Positions 25,481-36,823 of a stretch of 64,000 nt of DNA are shown in pieces. The position numbers were made by a program, and so were the translations under genes. Every line of letters starts with the position of its first letter. Position 1 is the stretch's first letter. The notes under the pieces were generated by a model that did no database searches, was not told the DNA's origin, and worked only from the letters and a program-made list of their open reading frames with translations. The stretch comes from Anthoceros angustus (Eukaryota; Plantae; Anthocerotophyta). The stretch covers positions 62,001-126,000 of the forward strand of contig MU008202.1 in NCBI GenBank assembly GCA_010909165.1, given 5' to 3'.

Positions 25481-27656
25481 TTGCAGATACTAGCTTGGGG
25501 GTGTTAGGGCCAAGGAGGCACCAGGGACAAAGAGTGCTCGGCCTTTATCGGACATACAAAGTTTTAGCTTCGTATGGCGAACCCCAAGAGACCAACCAAA
25601 AGGCCCTGCCTAGAGGGGTTGCAGCCCACCTCAGCATTGGCAACCTACTAAAGCCCGCACTTGCCAAATTCTACAGGAAGGAAGGGAAAAAAAAAGGGCA
25701 AGGAATCCCACACAAACGAAATGCAAAGAACAGACTTCGAAGTAGCAACAACACCATCTCCAGTTACACCAGCAACATAGGCATACGCAACTGCAGCAAT
25801 TGGAACCTCAGCTGTTTGTCAAAGACCTTATAAGCTATTGCTTCATGGAAGCGATGAAGCGACAGTTATGTGATAATCATGCACTAAGTTAGAAATCACA
25901 TGCTAGGCCATCAGAGCGTCATGACCGCAAATGGTGTCTTCCCCGCAGATTTGCAGGCTCCATTTCTCCAACAACACTTCTTACAAACCAATCCATCACC
26001 CGCTTTTGACTGCATCTTCGCTACATGCGCTACTCCTCCTCCTCCTACTGCTGATGCTCTGCTTGCGCTGCCTGCCTTTCGAGCTTCCACACTCCATCGC
26101 TCCCTATTGGATGCTTCCGCTACCTTCCTTCCTCCTTACATGCACCTTGCGCACACAACCCTAAACCCAGAACTCATGCGGGCGAGGCGAAGCATGGTAG
26201 ACAACATGCTTCACAAAGAAATGCCCACCAAGTAGGTTGAGATACAGACGTACACATGCCCTGGCATCCCAGAAGCATGTCCCTCTCCCCAGCAAAAATC
26301 ATCAATCAGAGCAGCCTTTTTTTCGTGGGCGAGATAATATGTGTTGCCCCCAAGGGTATCATAATGCAAGTAGTTATAGGCCACCAAGGGCGGAGTAAGC
26401 GAGGTGGAGAAGTACCCATCCCAATAGTGATCAGTCCAAAAGGTTGCTTAACCACGGCAAAAGTTATAAGAAGGGAAAAAAAGAGGACCGTATAAGTACG
26501 GTGTTACTCCATTCAGGAGGACGTATATGTACCATGTTGTGGAGGATCCTGTGTTTTAAAATTTTAGGAATAACTTAGGAATTATTTAAAATAAAAAAAA
26601 GATGTGAAGAAAAAAAAGTAGAATTGGGGGCCGGGGCCCGGGCTTCCGAGGCCGAGCGTGTGTTTGATGTTCAACTTCTGCTGGGCTCTGCTCTGCTCTC
26701 CTGGGGCGTGCACGGTACATACCTGTAAGGCGGTAGCGCGTATCTATGCAATTGATTATGTGGCAGGCCCGCTTTTGGCTTTCGCCAAGAAGGGCACTGT
26801 AGCCTGGGAGGGCGAGTCCAGGCTGAGTGCCAGCTTACAATGTTTCTATTATTGACGCAAAGCCTTCTCGGGGATGGGACGGGACGGGCCGGGCCGGGCC
26901 GCGCGGGGCCTCGAGATTCGCCAGCCAAGGGCCCTGGGCGTGGGGCGTGGGGCGTGGGGCATGGGGCCTGGGCCGCCGGGGCCTGCTTATATATGATGGT
27001 CGGAACTTGGGATGTTTTTTTTTGGTACAGTGGAAGTGACACCACATGGTTCCACCTGAAGGCTAGAGGCTGGCGCAAGCCTGTTTTTTTCAACAAAATA
27101 ATGTTAGTGGAAGTGGGTGGTGTGGGGACGGGACGGCGTTCAGCGGTTCCGCTTTCACCCTTGTCCGTCTCCGTCTCCGTCTCCGTCTCCGTCTCTCGAC
27201 TGGCCTTTGGCCTGGGCGAGAGGAGGCGAATGGAAAGGCGAGGCGGGAAAAACAATATTAAAAAAACGGTATTTGTCGACTGCCACCCCACATCATGACC
27301 CAATCATCATCCTGACAAATTTGGGTGAGTGGGTGGGCAGCGGTACCGGCGCCGGATACTTAAAAAAACGCGGAGCTCCACGTCAGCGGCGCCCGGTAAT
27401 GGGCATTGGCATTGCGCATACGAGGACGGAGGGAGATGGTATGCATATATATATATGATATTATGTAGGCGTATGATGAGTCACGTGCAAGGAGGCGGAT
27501 ATGCCCGTGGTATATGCGCGGCTGGCCACAGGCTGGCCCCATAACTGCCACTAACTGCCCCCCAGCTCAGCAGGGGCCGGGCCCTTAGCATGGCCCTGTT
27601 CACACTCACACGGGGGAGACGGGGAATCTGGGGAACTGGGGAACTGGGGAACCGGG

Positions 27657-27690
27657 TTGGACTGGACTGGACTGGACTGGACTGGACTCT
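27657..27690. repeat. (GGACT)n microsatellite
   Basis: Read directly. Confidence 0.9.
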
Positions 27691-28721
27691 GGCGTGGGCT
27701 TGGATCCCCTTCTCCCATTTCTTTTAATGCCTTTGTGCTATGGAGTGTGTGTCCCGACTCCCTGGAGCAGGATGAACAGCGCGCTGCGTGGCTAATGGCC
27801 GACCAAGCCTGGTGTGGGCGCATAGAATGGGATGAACGTGACCCAGCCTCAGCCCCAGCCCCAGCCCCAGCCCCATGCCCTGCCTACCCCCTGTTGGGGC
27901 GGACAGGCAGCCGCTTTTAATTGCCATTTGATAAGGTCCCTTCCCTTGTCTTGCCTTGCCTTGCCTTCCCTTCCCTCCCGTTCCGATTCCCGAGGCCCCT
28001 GTTGGAGCGAGCCTCTCATGAGCCAGGCGCGCACCGCGCACGGCACACGTGCTTCGTTCCCACTGCCCTCCCAGGCCACCAAAAAAGCGAGATCCTGGAA
28101 AGCCGAAAAGAGGATCCTTCCCTCTGCCCCCGCCAGCTTGCAAGGCTTGCAAGCTAGCAGCTAGCTAGCTCTGGCGCACCTTGCTGGGCTACCCTTCTTC
28201 TCCTTCTCGTCGCTTCTCTTCTCTTCCCTTCCCTTCCCTTCCCTTCTCTGCCGAGCCCGCGGTCCGCATCATCATCGTAGGGCATAGGGCATAGGGCATG
28301 TATGTTGTGGGTTCTTGTTAAAATATGGAGCGCTGCCGCTGCCGCTGGCGCTGGCCCCGCCGTGCCGTCGGGAAGGCAAAGTGCGTAGTTGTTGGAGAAT
28401 GGTGGAGAGTACGTGTTGAAAAATCGTTAATCCGAGACTTGAGGTGATAGGCGTGGAAGCAGCAGCCATAAACAGGAACAGGAACAGGAACAGGAAGGGC
28501 AAGAGAAACAGAAACAGAAACAGAAACAGAGGGGACGGCAGTTGGTGTCCAACGACGACAGGAGCGATGAGCGATGAGCGATGAGGTGGAAGGTCTCCGA
28601 CATGGATGGCGTAACTGCACCAACAACAGCAACAGGTAACAGAAAAGGTGGTTGTTAGGAACTGCCATGGCACATGGGGCCCCCGGGGCCTGGGATGGGG
28701 GAGTCCAATCATGCCGCATGG

Positions 28722-28800
28722 AGGCATGGAGGCAAGGAGGCATGGAGGCATGGAGGCATGGAGGCATGGAGGCATGCAGGCATGGAGGCATGCAGGCATT
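28722..28800. repeat. (GGAGGCAT)n octamer repeat
   Basis: About 9 imperfect units. Confidence 0.9.
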
Positions 28801-29163
28801 GCAGGGTCCGAGGGAGTGGGTTGCGGGAGCCCGGGGAACCCGGGGACCCGGTGACCCGGACGCATCGGATGGCGGGGCCCTCCCTCGAGGACAGGCTGGC
28901 CAGGCCGTCATGGCTCCGGCTCCGGGGGTGCGCGCCACGTACCCGCCCGGGCGCCCTTCCCCTCGCTCTCCGACAGCGACACGTAGGGCGGTCGGTCGCC
29001 ACCTACCACCCGCTTGTCCTTGGCTTTTTGGGGACGCCGCCGACGCCGACGCCGACGCCGACCAGGCACCAGGCACCAGGCACCAGGCAGCAGCGTCGTA
29101 TCATTGCCATCGCCCGTTTGCCCCACTTCGCCGCATGCATATCATATGCATGTACAGTCGACC

Positions 29164-29965
29164 CCCCCTAAGTGGGACTGGTTCGGAGTGCCTTTAGAGG
29201 TCCCATTAAGGGAGGTGTCCCGATTAGATTTTTCCCCATTTTAAAAATCAAAATATTATAAATTCAAAAAAATCAAAAATATCTAAAAAATAAAAATTCA
29301 AAATCTGATTGATAGGATTTCCTAAAAATAACTTTTACCATTTCTCTACATAGTTGCTTGAAAGCTAGCACTCCTTCTATGAAGATGAAAAAACCTCTAC
29401 TATTATAAAGGAAAAAGCTTAGCTTAGGAGTCTTCAATCACACCTAAAATTCTATCGTGCTTTGAAATAATCGACAATACTCCTTTGCACCCGCGATACT
29501 TTGAGATGATGACTAATCACGTGTTTCTGAAAGATATTAAGCAATGCCAAAGAGTCTGTACTTGATGACATCTTCCATAGTCGGTCATGGTAGGGGTGGC
29601 ATTGTCGCTACTTCCTCTTCAATATTTTCGGTAAGCTCCTCTTCGACAACTTAAGGGAATAGTGAATCCCATATTTCTTATAACTTATTCTCGATCGTCA
29701 TGTCCTTATACTATATTGATAGGATACAAAGTCTGTTCAATACCTATTTCATACTTATATGATTCTTTTTTTATTTTTCTTTTTCAAATTTTTAATAAAA
29801 AATAGAAAATCCCATTTAAGAAGGTGAAACTAACATGAATGTTTCAAAAAAATCCCAATTACTGTTTAAAGAAAAGTTCCATTTTTTACGCTGTAAACTA
29901 AAAGAAGTAGGATGGGAGGTCCCATTTAGAGAGGAATCCCATTTATAGAGTTCCCAATTAGGGGG
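29164..29965. mobile_element. AT-rich non-autonomous TIR element with CCCCC termini
   Basis: Left end CCCCCTAAGTGGGAC versus reverse complement of right end CCCCCTAATTGGGAA (13/15 match). Repeated subterminal CCCATT/CCCAAT motifs. Flanking CC on both sides may be a 2-bp TSD. Abrupt GC drop relative to the flanks. Confidence 0.7.
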
Positions 29966-32872
29966 CCGGACTTGTATGTGAGCTTCATGTACCATACGGT
30001 GCATGAGAGATTGAAACGATTTAACAGGCGAAGTAGATAAACCCAAAGCCAGGTTGAGGCAGGTCAGGTCAGGTGAGGGCAGCTCAGCTCGGGTCAGCTC
30101 GCAGAGTCACCGAGTCACAGAGTCACACATGAGGCCGTGGCTGTCGGTGCAGAATCTGGATTCGATCCCCGACCCCCGATCCCGATCCCCCAGTTCCAAG
30201 GCTCCAGGTTTAGCGCAATCATAAGGCACTGTTATGGGCGGCCAATGGCGAAGGCAAAAAATTCCGAGCGCATCGCGCTTGGGAAGCGGGTAACGGAACG
30301 GCAGCGTGCGCCTGCGCCTGCGCCTTATCCCACTGCCAGTGGGGTGAGAAGTGAGAAGTGGGCACTGGGGTGGGCTGGACTGTCAGGCCATGAGGCCATG
30401 GCCCCCATGCCCCATGAGGAGGGGAATGGAATGGCATGGATTCGGAGGCCACTGGAATTCGTTCCGTTCATGGTTTGTGCCTTGCAACGCCCAACTACCG
30501 CAGTAGCCTGTAGTACCCGCCTCAACTGTCCCGCTCTTCCCACCCTTCTCTCTCTTCCTTCTCTTTCTCCCTCTCTGTCTCCATCCTCCAGCCCTTGGGG
30601 TGCGTGACTATATCAGAAAATGTAGGTAATGTCGAAATGGGTTTGAACGATGGAGCAGGAAGGAAAGGAAAGGAAAGGAAAGTTGTGGGCGGGTGCGTTT
30701 GACTGGGTCCAGCGCTGTTGGCCAGCCTGGCCATACAACCACGTGGGTACGCTGCGCGCATCTGTGCGCTTCCGCGAACCCGTCTCCTCGTTGACGGTGA
30801 CACCGCGCTGACTGTGCCTTGACCCACCGGCTGCAGCCGGTCGCGCCGGTGCGTCGGTTACCCCTTGAACTTTGTGGCCATGGCCGCCCCACCTACACCA
30901 GCGCACTCACTGTGCACTGCCAGCAGCCAGCAGCCAGCAGCCAGGAGCCAGGAGCCAGGAGCCAGCAGCCAGCGGCCAGCAGCCAGCACACGCCCAAGCC
31001 CCACCACCACCGACTACCCACAAATCTATACGTCTGCAGTTGCACACGGCCAGACCAGCTCCGGTTTCCTTGTTTCCGTCCTTGCTCTTGTGTGACAAAG
31101 CGATTCCCTCAAATCCGCATTCCACTTTCCGCAAATCCGCAAATCCGCAAGCGCAAGGGATCGATTGGAAATTGGAACCGGATATGGATATGCTAAACAA
31201 TGCAAGAATTGAAACGCCTCCTCCTTTTTACCGCCGCTGTGGCTGTAACTGATGGGACGGAAGCTGAGGAATGTAAGGTTGCTACTGTACATGTCTCCGT
31301 GTCCACGGATGTATGTGGGTGATGGTGGTGAGTTGTTTGGCGCCAGACTATTCTCTCAAAAAGTAAAATGAAAGATACGAGTCCCGTCTGCTGGTTTGCT
31401 GGATGGGGCAGTGGCCAGCCCTGCCTATCGCAACATGACCGTATACATGAGATTCATCCGGGGAGAGGGAGTGGGAGAGGGAGAAGGGCTCCCGGAGATG
31501 GCGAGCCAGAGGAGTGATGAGTCGTGAAACGTACAGAGGGGCGTGAGGGTGGTGACGTACCCACCACGCTGCCCTTGTGCGTCCCTGGGCTGCGTGTGTT
31601 TTGTGTACGCACATCATCTATGCGGGCATGGCCCATGGGCCATGGAATATAGGGCCGGGGCGCAGCGAATGGGCATCCTCCATGCGCCACAAGTTGAAGC
31701 GGGCAGCAGGGCGGGCGCATGCGGGTGCTGCAGTCTGCACACTCTGCGGGTTTGCGGGAGCATGAGCTTGCTTGCGCCGGATGCAAGCAAGGTGGGACGT
31801 ATGGGCCTCTCGCAGGGCTGGGACTCTATCGGGACTGGCCTACACAGGAGCATGCACGGAGGGCGAGCAGGCAGGCAGACAGGCAGGCAGGCAGGCAGGC
31901 AAGCAAGCAACAAGCAACAAGCAAGCACGCTGCACAGAGAGCGAGCAAGCGGGCAAGTACCAGCGGAGGGCTCACTGCCCGAGAAGCCAACACGCAAGGG
32001 ACACGGCAAGGGCATCGTCACCCTCCTGGACTCCTGCGACCTCCATTTGCATTTCACGGAGCAGCAGCTGCTGCACGCTGCAAGCTGCAAGCTGCAACCT
32101 GCAAGCGGCAAGCTCCAGGGAGGGGAGCAACCTCCAGGCTCCAGGCTTCCGGGCAAGTTGGGTCGGTTGGCCATGGCATGCGCGCTGCAAGGACGCGCCC
32201 CGTCTTAAATTTTTTCCAAATTCTGCCCCGTCGGACGTCGGAGCTTGTCTTGGCTGGCACGCAAGTGGCCCGTACCGGGCAGGCTCCAGGACTTGGCCAT
32301 CTCCCATCCCGAGTCCCCGCCCATGGGCAGGGCGGCAAACCAGCGCCATCGCTGGCCGGATGCGAAAAATCTGGGCCTGCCCGGGCTCCAGCTGCAGCTG
32401 CTCCACTCCAGTCTGGCGAGGTCGCTCTAAAATGGCCCCCCATTTAATGACGCGCCCTGTGGAAAATAGATTATATTCGCAGCGGGGGCGCCGGATGCGG
32501 GCCGTGTCGGTTTTCTTTCTTTCTTTCCTGCCCAGCCCGGCCCGGCGTCGCCGTCGGCGACGGTGTGTCTTCTTACGATTTGGCGGGCCAAGAGGCGCGC
32601 AGGCGGGGCCAAGTGTAAAAAGGAGCAAGGAGCGGGAAGCCAAGCGTGTCAGAGCCTGCTCCTGGACTCTGCGAGCCGGAGCCGGAGCCGGAGCCGGACC
32701 CAATAAACTCCATGCCACCCCTTTCCCACCTTTCTTTACCATTTTGTGATTGTGCAGCCTTTGGCCCCTGCTCCCCTGCTCCCCTGCTTCTGCTTTGCAG
32801 CGACGCGCACCTGGAAGGCAGCAAAGCAGCACCGCTCTGCCTCTGCGCGCATGGGTAGAATCTTTGCCTCCA

Positions 32873-32940
32873 CCCAGCCCAGCCCAGCCCAGCCCAGCCC
32901 AGCCCAGCCCAGCCCAGCCCAGCCCAGCCCAGCCCAGCCC
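32873..32940. repeat. (CCCAG)n microsatellite
   Basis: About 13 perfect units. Confidence 0.95.
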
Positions 32941-34627
32941 CGGGAGTCGGGGCCCTCTTCTCTCACACACACCAGCTTCTACTCCTCCTTATACTATTCT
33001 ACAAAGCTCCACAACATATCATAGGTTTATCCACCTACCCGCTTCCCCTCCCTTTCCTATCCTTGTATGACTATCCTATGCCCTATTATGCTTGTAGCTA
33101 CGGCTCGGCGCCAATGAGTGTACACGAGCATCTGCTGCTGCCCAGGGAATACAGGGACGGTGTAACAGAAAGGGGAAAATTGCAGTAGCAGGCGCGGCAG
33201 AGAGCCTTGCTGGCTACCCTGCCTTCCATCCTTCCTTGCCTGCTTCCTTTCGTCCGTCCAAAGTAAGGTACCAGAGGTCAGTGGTCAGTGGGAGCCATGA
33301 TGGGCACTTGCTTGCTTTGCAAATCTGGCTGCACGCAAAAGTTGTTGTGGTGTACACAGGCTCGTGTTTCTCGCTCCGATCATGACCCCGGCCTGGCCTG
33401 GCCTACCCTGCCCGGATGGGTCCGATACCGATACCGATACCGATTTCGATTTCGACTTCGATTTGCATACCAGCTCTCGGCAGTGGTTGCCCACTCTCAT
33501 TGCCTCTGGCAGTGGCAGTGGCATCGCCCGGTGAAAATCTGCGGGCTCCGAGGGGCTTACGTAACAAAAGTGACTGCCGGAAGTGCGGAATATTACGCCT
33601 TTCGGGCACTGGACGCAGGCCTGGGTTCACCAGTTCAAAGGGAATCGCAAGAGCGAAGAGCAAGGGACTTGCCAATGGCCTCCCAGTCCCAGTCCCAGAC
33701 CCGGCTCCGAGTCCTCTGCCCGGGGCGCGCGAGCTCGGGAATGTGTCAGGGGGAGCCTGGAGTGGCTGGCTGTACCGCCACCTACCGACCTGCTGCAGCT
33801 GCAGCTGCAGCTGGCCTGCTGCTGCCGCTCCCACAAGAATGTGAGCGATGAATGAATGCATTTTGGTTGAAATCCCCAGCCAGCGGGGCCCGGGCCCGCC
33901 TGCTCCCCAGGACGACCCGACTCATGACGCGCTCTCTCTCTCTCCTCTTTGCGGTTTGCACGCACAACGACAACGACAACGACAAGGACGCCACAACGCC
34001 CCGCTTCCGCCATCACACAGCCCATAATACACTACGAACGTCATCTCGTGATTCAGAGAGTATGAGTCTTCCATTTGCCACGGCAACTCTTGCTCCTATG
34101 CGGGCTACTGGCGTGCGTGCTGGTGCCATTAGCTCCGGGTGGAAATTGGAATCGGAAAGCACACAAGTCGGAATGTTGGGTGATGAGCATCGCTTGCTCT
34201 TCAACTTGTGCCCATGATATCGTTCGGGTTCGGAGGGGATGGCGGGAATGGTGGGAATGGCGGGAGCTGTTGGACTACTAAATAGTTAAATGTGCATGTA
34301 GTACACAGTAGAGGTATTGTTTTTTGTACATGGGCATGCACACACACAAAGAGCCACCAGCCCAGGCTGCTGGGCTGCTGCAGCCTAGAATATAACCCGG
34401 GGTGGGGCCGCCTGGAGACTCGGGAGTCGGGAGCGCCTCTCTTCTACGGAAAATACATACACTCGTGCTCCCACGTGCTACGCTGCTTTAGCTGCCTCGA
34501 TGCTTCTTCTTAGGACCACGGCCCGTACAGCCAACTATAGTATGTTGCTCGCTACTGGCTAATGCTGTCTTGCTAATCCTCGTAGGCCTTTTGTTTATTG
34601 CCTGGATACTCTCACTCACACGGACCG

Positions 34628-34711
34628 GATTGGACTGGACTGGACTGGATTGGACTGGACTGGACTGGACTGAACTGGACTGGACTGGACTGGACTGGAC
34701 TGGACTGGACT
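34628..34711. repeat. (GGACT)n microsatellite
   Basis: About 16 units with two variant units. Confidence 0.95.
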
Positions 34712-35201
34712 GCACTGTTGACAAGCCCATAACACATCTGATGCTGTTGTTTCTTCTTCCCTCCCTGCTCCCTGTTCCCTTTTCCCTGTTCCCTCTTCCA
34801 TGTTCCCTCTTCCATGTTCCCCCGTTTCTGTTCCTGTGCTGATGCGAGACCTGTTAGCTGTTGTTGGGTTTGCCCTCGTGTCGTGCCTTCACAGGCAGTC
34901 GGTAGTGGTACAAGTACTCGGACCTGGAACTTGTGCAATGGCCAGCTCTTTTTGGTACACGCCCGAAAGCAAACCCAAACCAGACCGTGTGTTCATCTTC
35001 ATCCGCGTTCCATTCCAGTAAGAGAAAGCAAAGAAGAGTCGTCCTGTCCAGCGTCGGTCCTGTCCTGTCCTGCCCCAGGCCGGGCCAGGCCCTCATCACT
35101 GCCTGCCTCTGCTGCTGCTGTGAGAGGAATCGTGAGGGGAGCTGCTTGAAGTGGACTCATGGGTCATCAGAGTCTGGCAGCGGGCAGTAGTGTAGGCAGT
35201 T

Positions 35202-35407
35202 GCCAGGGACGCACAGCCATGCCCACTTCTAGTGCCCATGTAAGAGCGAGCTTGTAGGTGTGTGTAATAAAGCTCATGTGGGCTGGAGCCTAGGCCCCAG
35301 GCCAGGGACGCACAGGCATGCCCCCTTCTAGTCACTAGCCCATGTAAGAGCGAGCTTGTAGGTGTGTGTAATAAAGCTCATGTGGGCTGGAGCCCAGGCC
35401 CCAGGCC
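35202..35407. repeat. ~99-105 bp tandem duplication
   Basis: GCCAGGGACGCACAG...GTGTGTAATAAAGCTCATGTGGGCTGGAGCC starts at 35202 and again at 35301. Confidence 0.92.
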
Positions 35408-35520
35408 GCAGGCCCCAGCCCAAGACAAGGCCACCACCCCACAACAGCCACAGCCACAGCCACATCCACCGCCACCCCACCCCTACCCCTACCCCACCCC
35501 ACCCCCACTCATGGTTACAG

Positions 35521-35551
<31 letters not shown>

Positions 35552-35625
35552 AAGCCAGCAAGCCAGCCAGCTGTGTGTGTGTGCGTGATGGAAGGGAGAT
35601 GCTCCCGTTCCCCATATGATTCCCT

Positions 35626-35812
35626 TCTCTCTGCTCTCTGCTCTCTGCGCTCTGCTCTCTGCTCTCTGCCCTCTGCCCTCTGCTCTCTGCTCTCTGCTCT
35701 CTGCCCTCTGCCCTCCGCTCTCTGCCCTCTGCCCTCCGCTCTCTGCCCTCTGCTCTCTGCTCCCCGCCCTCTGCTCTCCGCTCTCTGCGCTCTGCTCTCT
35801 GCTCTGCACTCT
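35626..35812. repeat. (CTCTG[C]1-2)n degenerate repeat array
   Basis: Mixed CTCTG/CTCTGC/CTCTGCC units over ~185 bp. Confidence 0.9.
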
Positions 35813-36823
35813 GGACTGTCCTACATACTTTGCCCTGCTCTGTAATCAGCCTGCTGTTATGTACCTACATACGAAGTGTGTGATTGATGGGCACACAGAA
35901 ACAGGGGGAAGGGCCAGCTGGAAGCCGCCCAACTCGGACGGCTCCACGGTTCACATTCGGATCCGGGCCGGGGCCGGCATCCCCAGAAAGCCAATGCCAA
36001 ATTAGCCCTGCGGCTGCCCCCGGCCCTCTACCCGATTTTAGCAACCTTCGCGGCTCACTCGAGCAAAGCCGTTGCGGCGGACACATGGAGCGTGTGACGC
36101 CACCTCTCTTCGCATTTACTGCGGCTGGCCCCAGGATCCGCCCACTCAACGTGAGCCACGTCCCAGGCCCCAAGGCCCCCGATAACCTCTGTCTGTCCCT
36201 GCCAGTGCCGCTGCCAGTTACAACGCACATAACTTCATTCATCCCTCGCAAATGTACTGTAACAACAGGAAACGACGACCCCGCCATACTTTACCTACCT
36301 TTTGGACATTGCGTCAACCTGTTCCTGGAATCCGATTGTGTAGAATACACATCGGAGGTTGCGTTCTCATTACAACCACCGCCAACCACGAAAAGCAAAC
36401 CGGATCTTGGCGCAACAGATCATCGCCGCCTTCATGACCAATCGCTAACCACCGCAAAAGCAGCAAAGAAGGCTCTGGAAGTTTTCCAAGTTCTGGGAGT
36501 GGGCAGTGCAGGGTCGCCTCTACTTCGACTTGCCATCACAAAGGTAGTTTTCGCTACCAGCCAAGTGCGGCCGCAGTTGCTGCCACATTCTACCAAAGTT
36601 CCAACTCCGGCTTATCGTGGGCCAGCCGACAAACCTCCTTTTTCTGCGCGTGCACACATCCTCTAGAGCCGGAGGGCCGACGACACAGCCTGCTTTTCTA
36701 AGCTTCTCCCGTCAACTACGTAGCGTAAAAAATCAGGGCTGTCTCACGCCCTAGCACGATCCGTGACAGACTAGTTCTGCACACGGACTTCGCTCAACAG
36801 CCAAAAATACCAGACCTTCACCC

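Noticed and set aside
26500-36000. Conserved miRNA precursors (miR156, 160, 166, 171, 319, 390, 408, 529, 535, 536)
   Set aside because: Only 8-10 nt partial matches were found by eye, for example TCCCTGTAT near 33150; no full mature sequence with a star arm.
35884-36666. 260-aa plus-strand ORF downstream of CCT7
   Set aside because: No recognisable domain, Pro/Ala-rich, and it probably overlaps the CCT7 3' region; long ORFs are expected by chance at this GC content.
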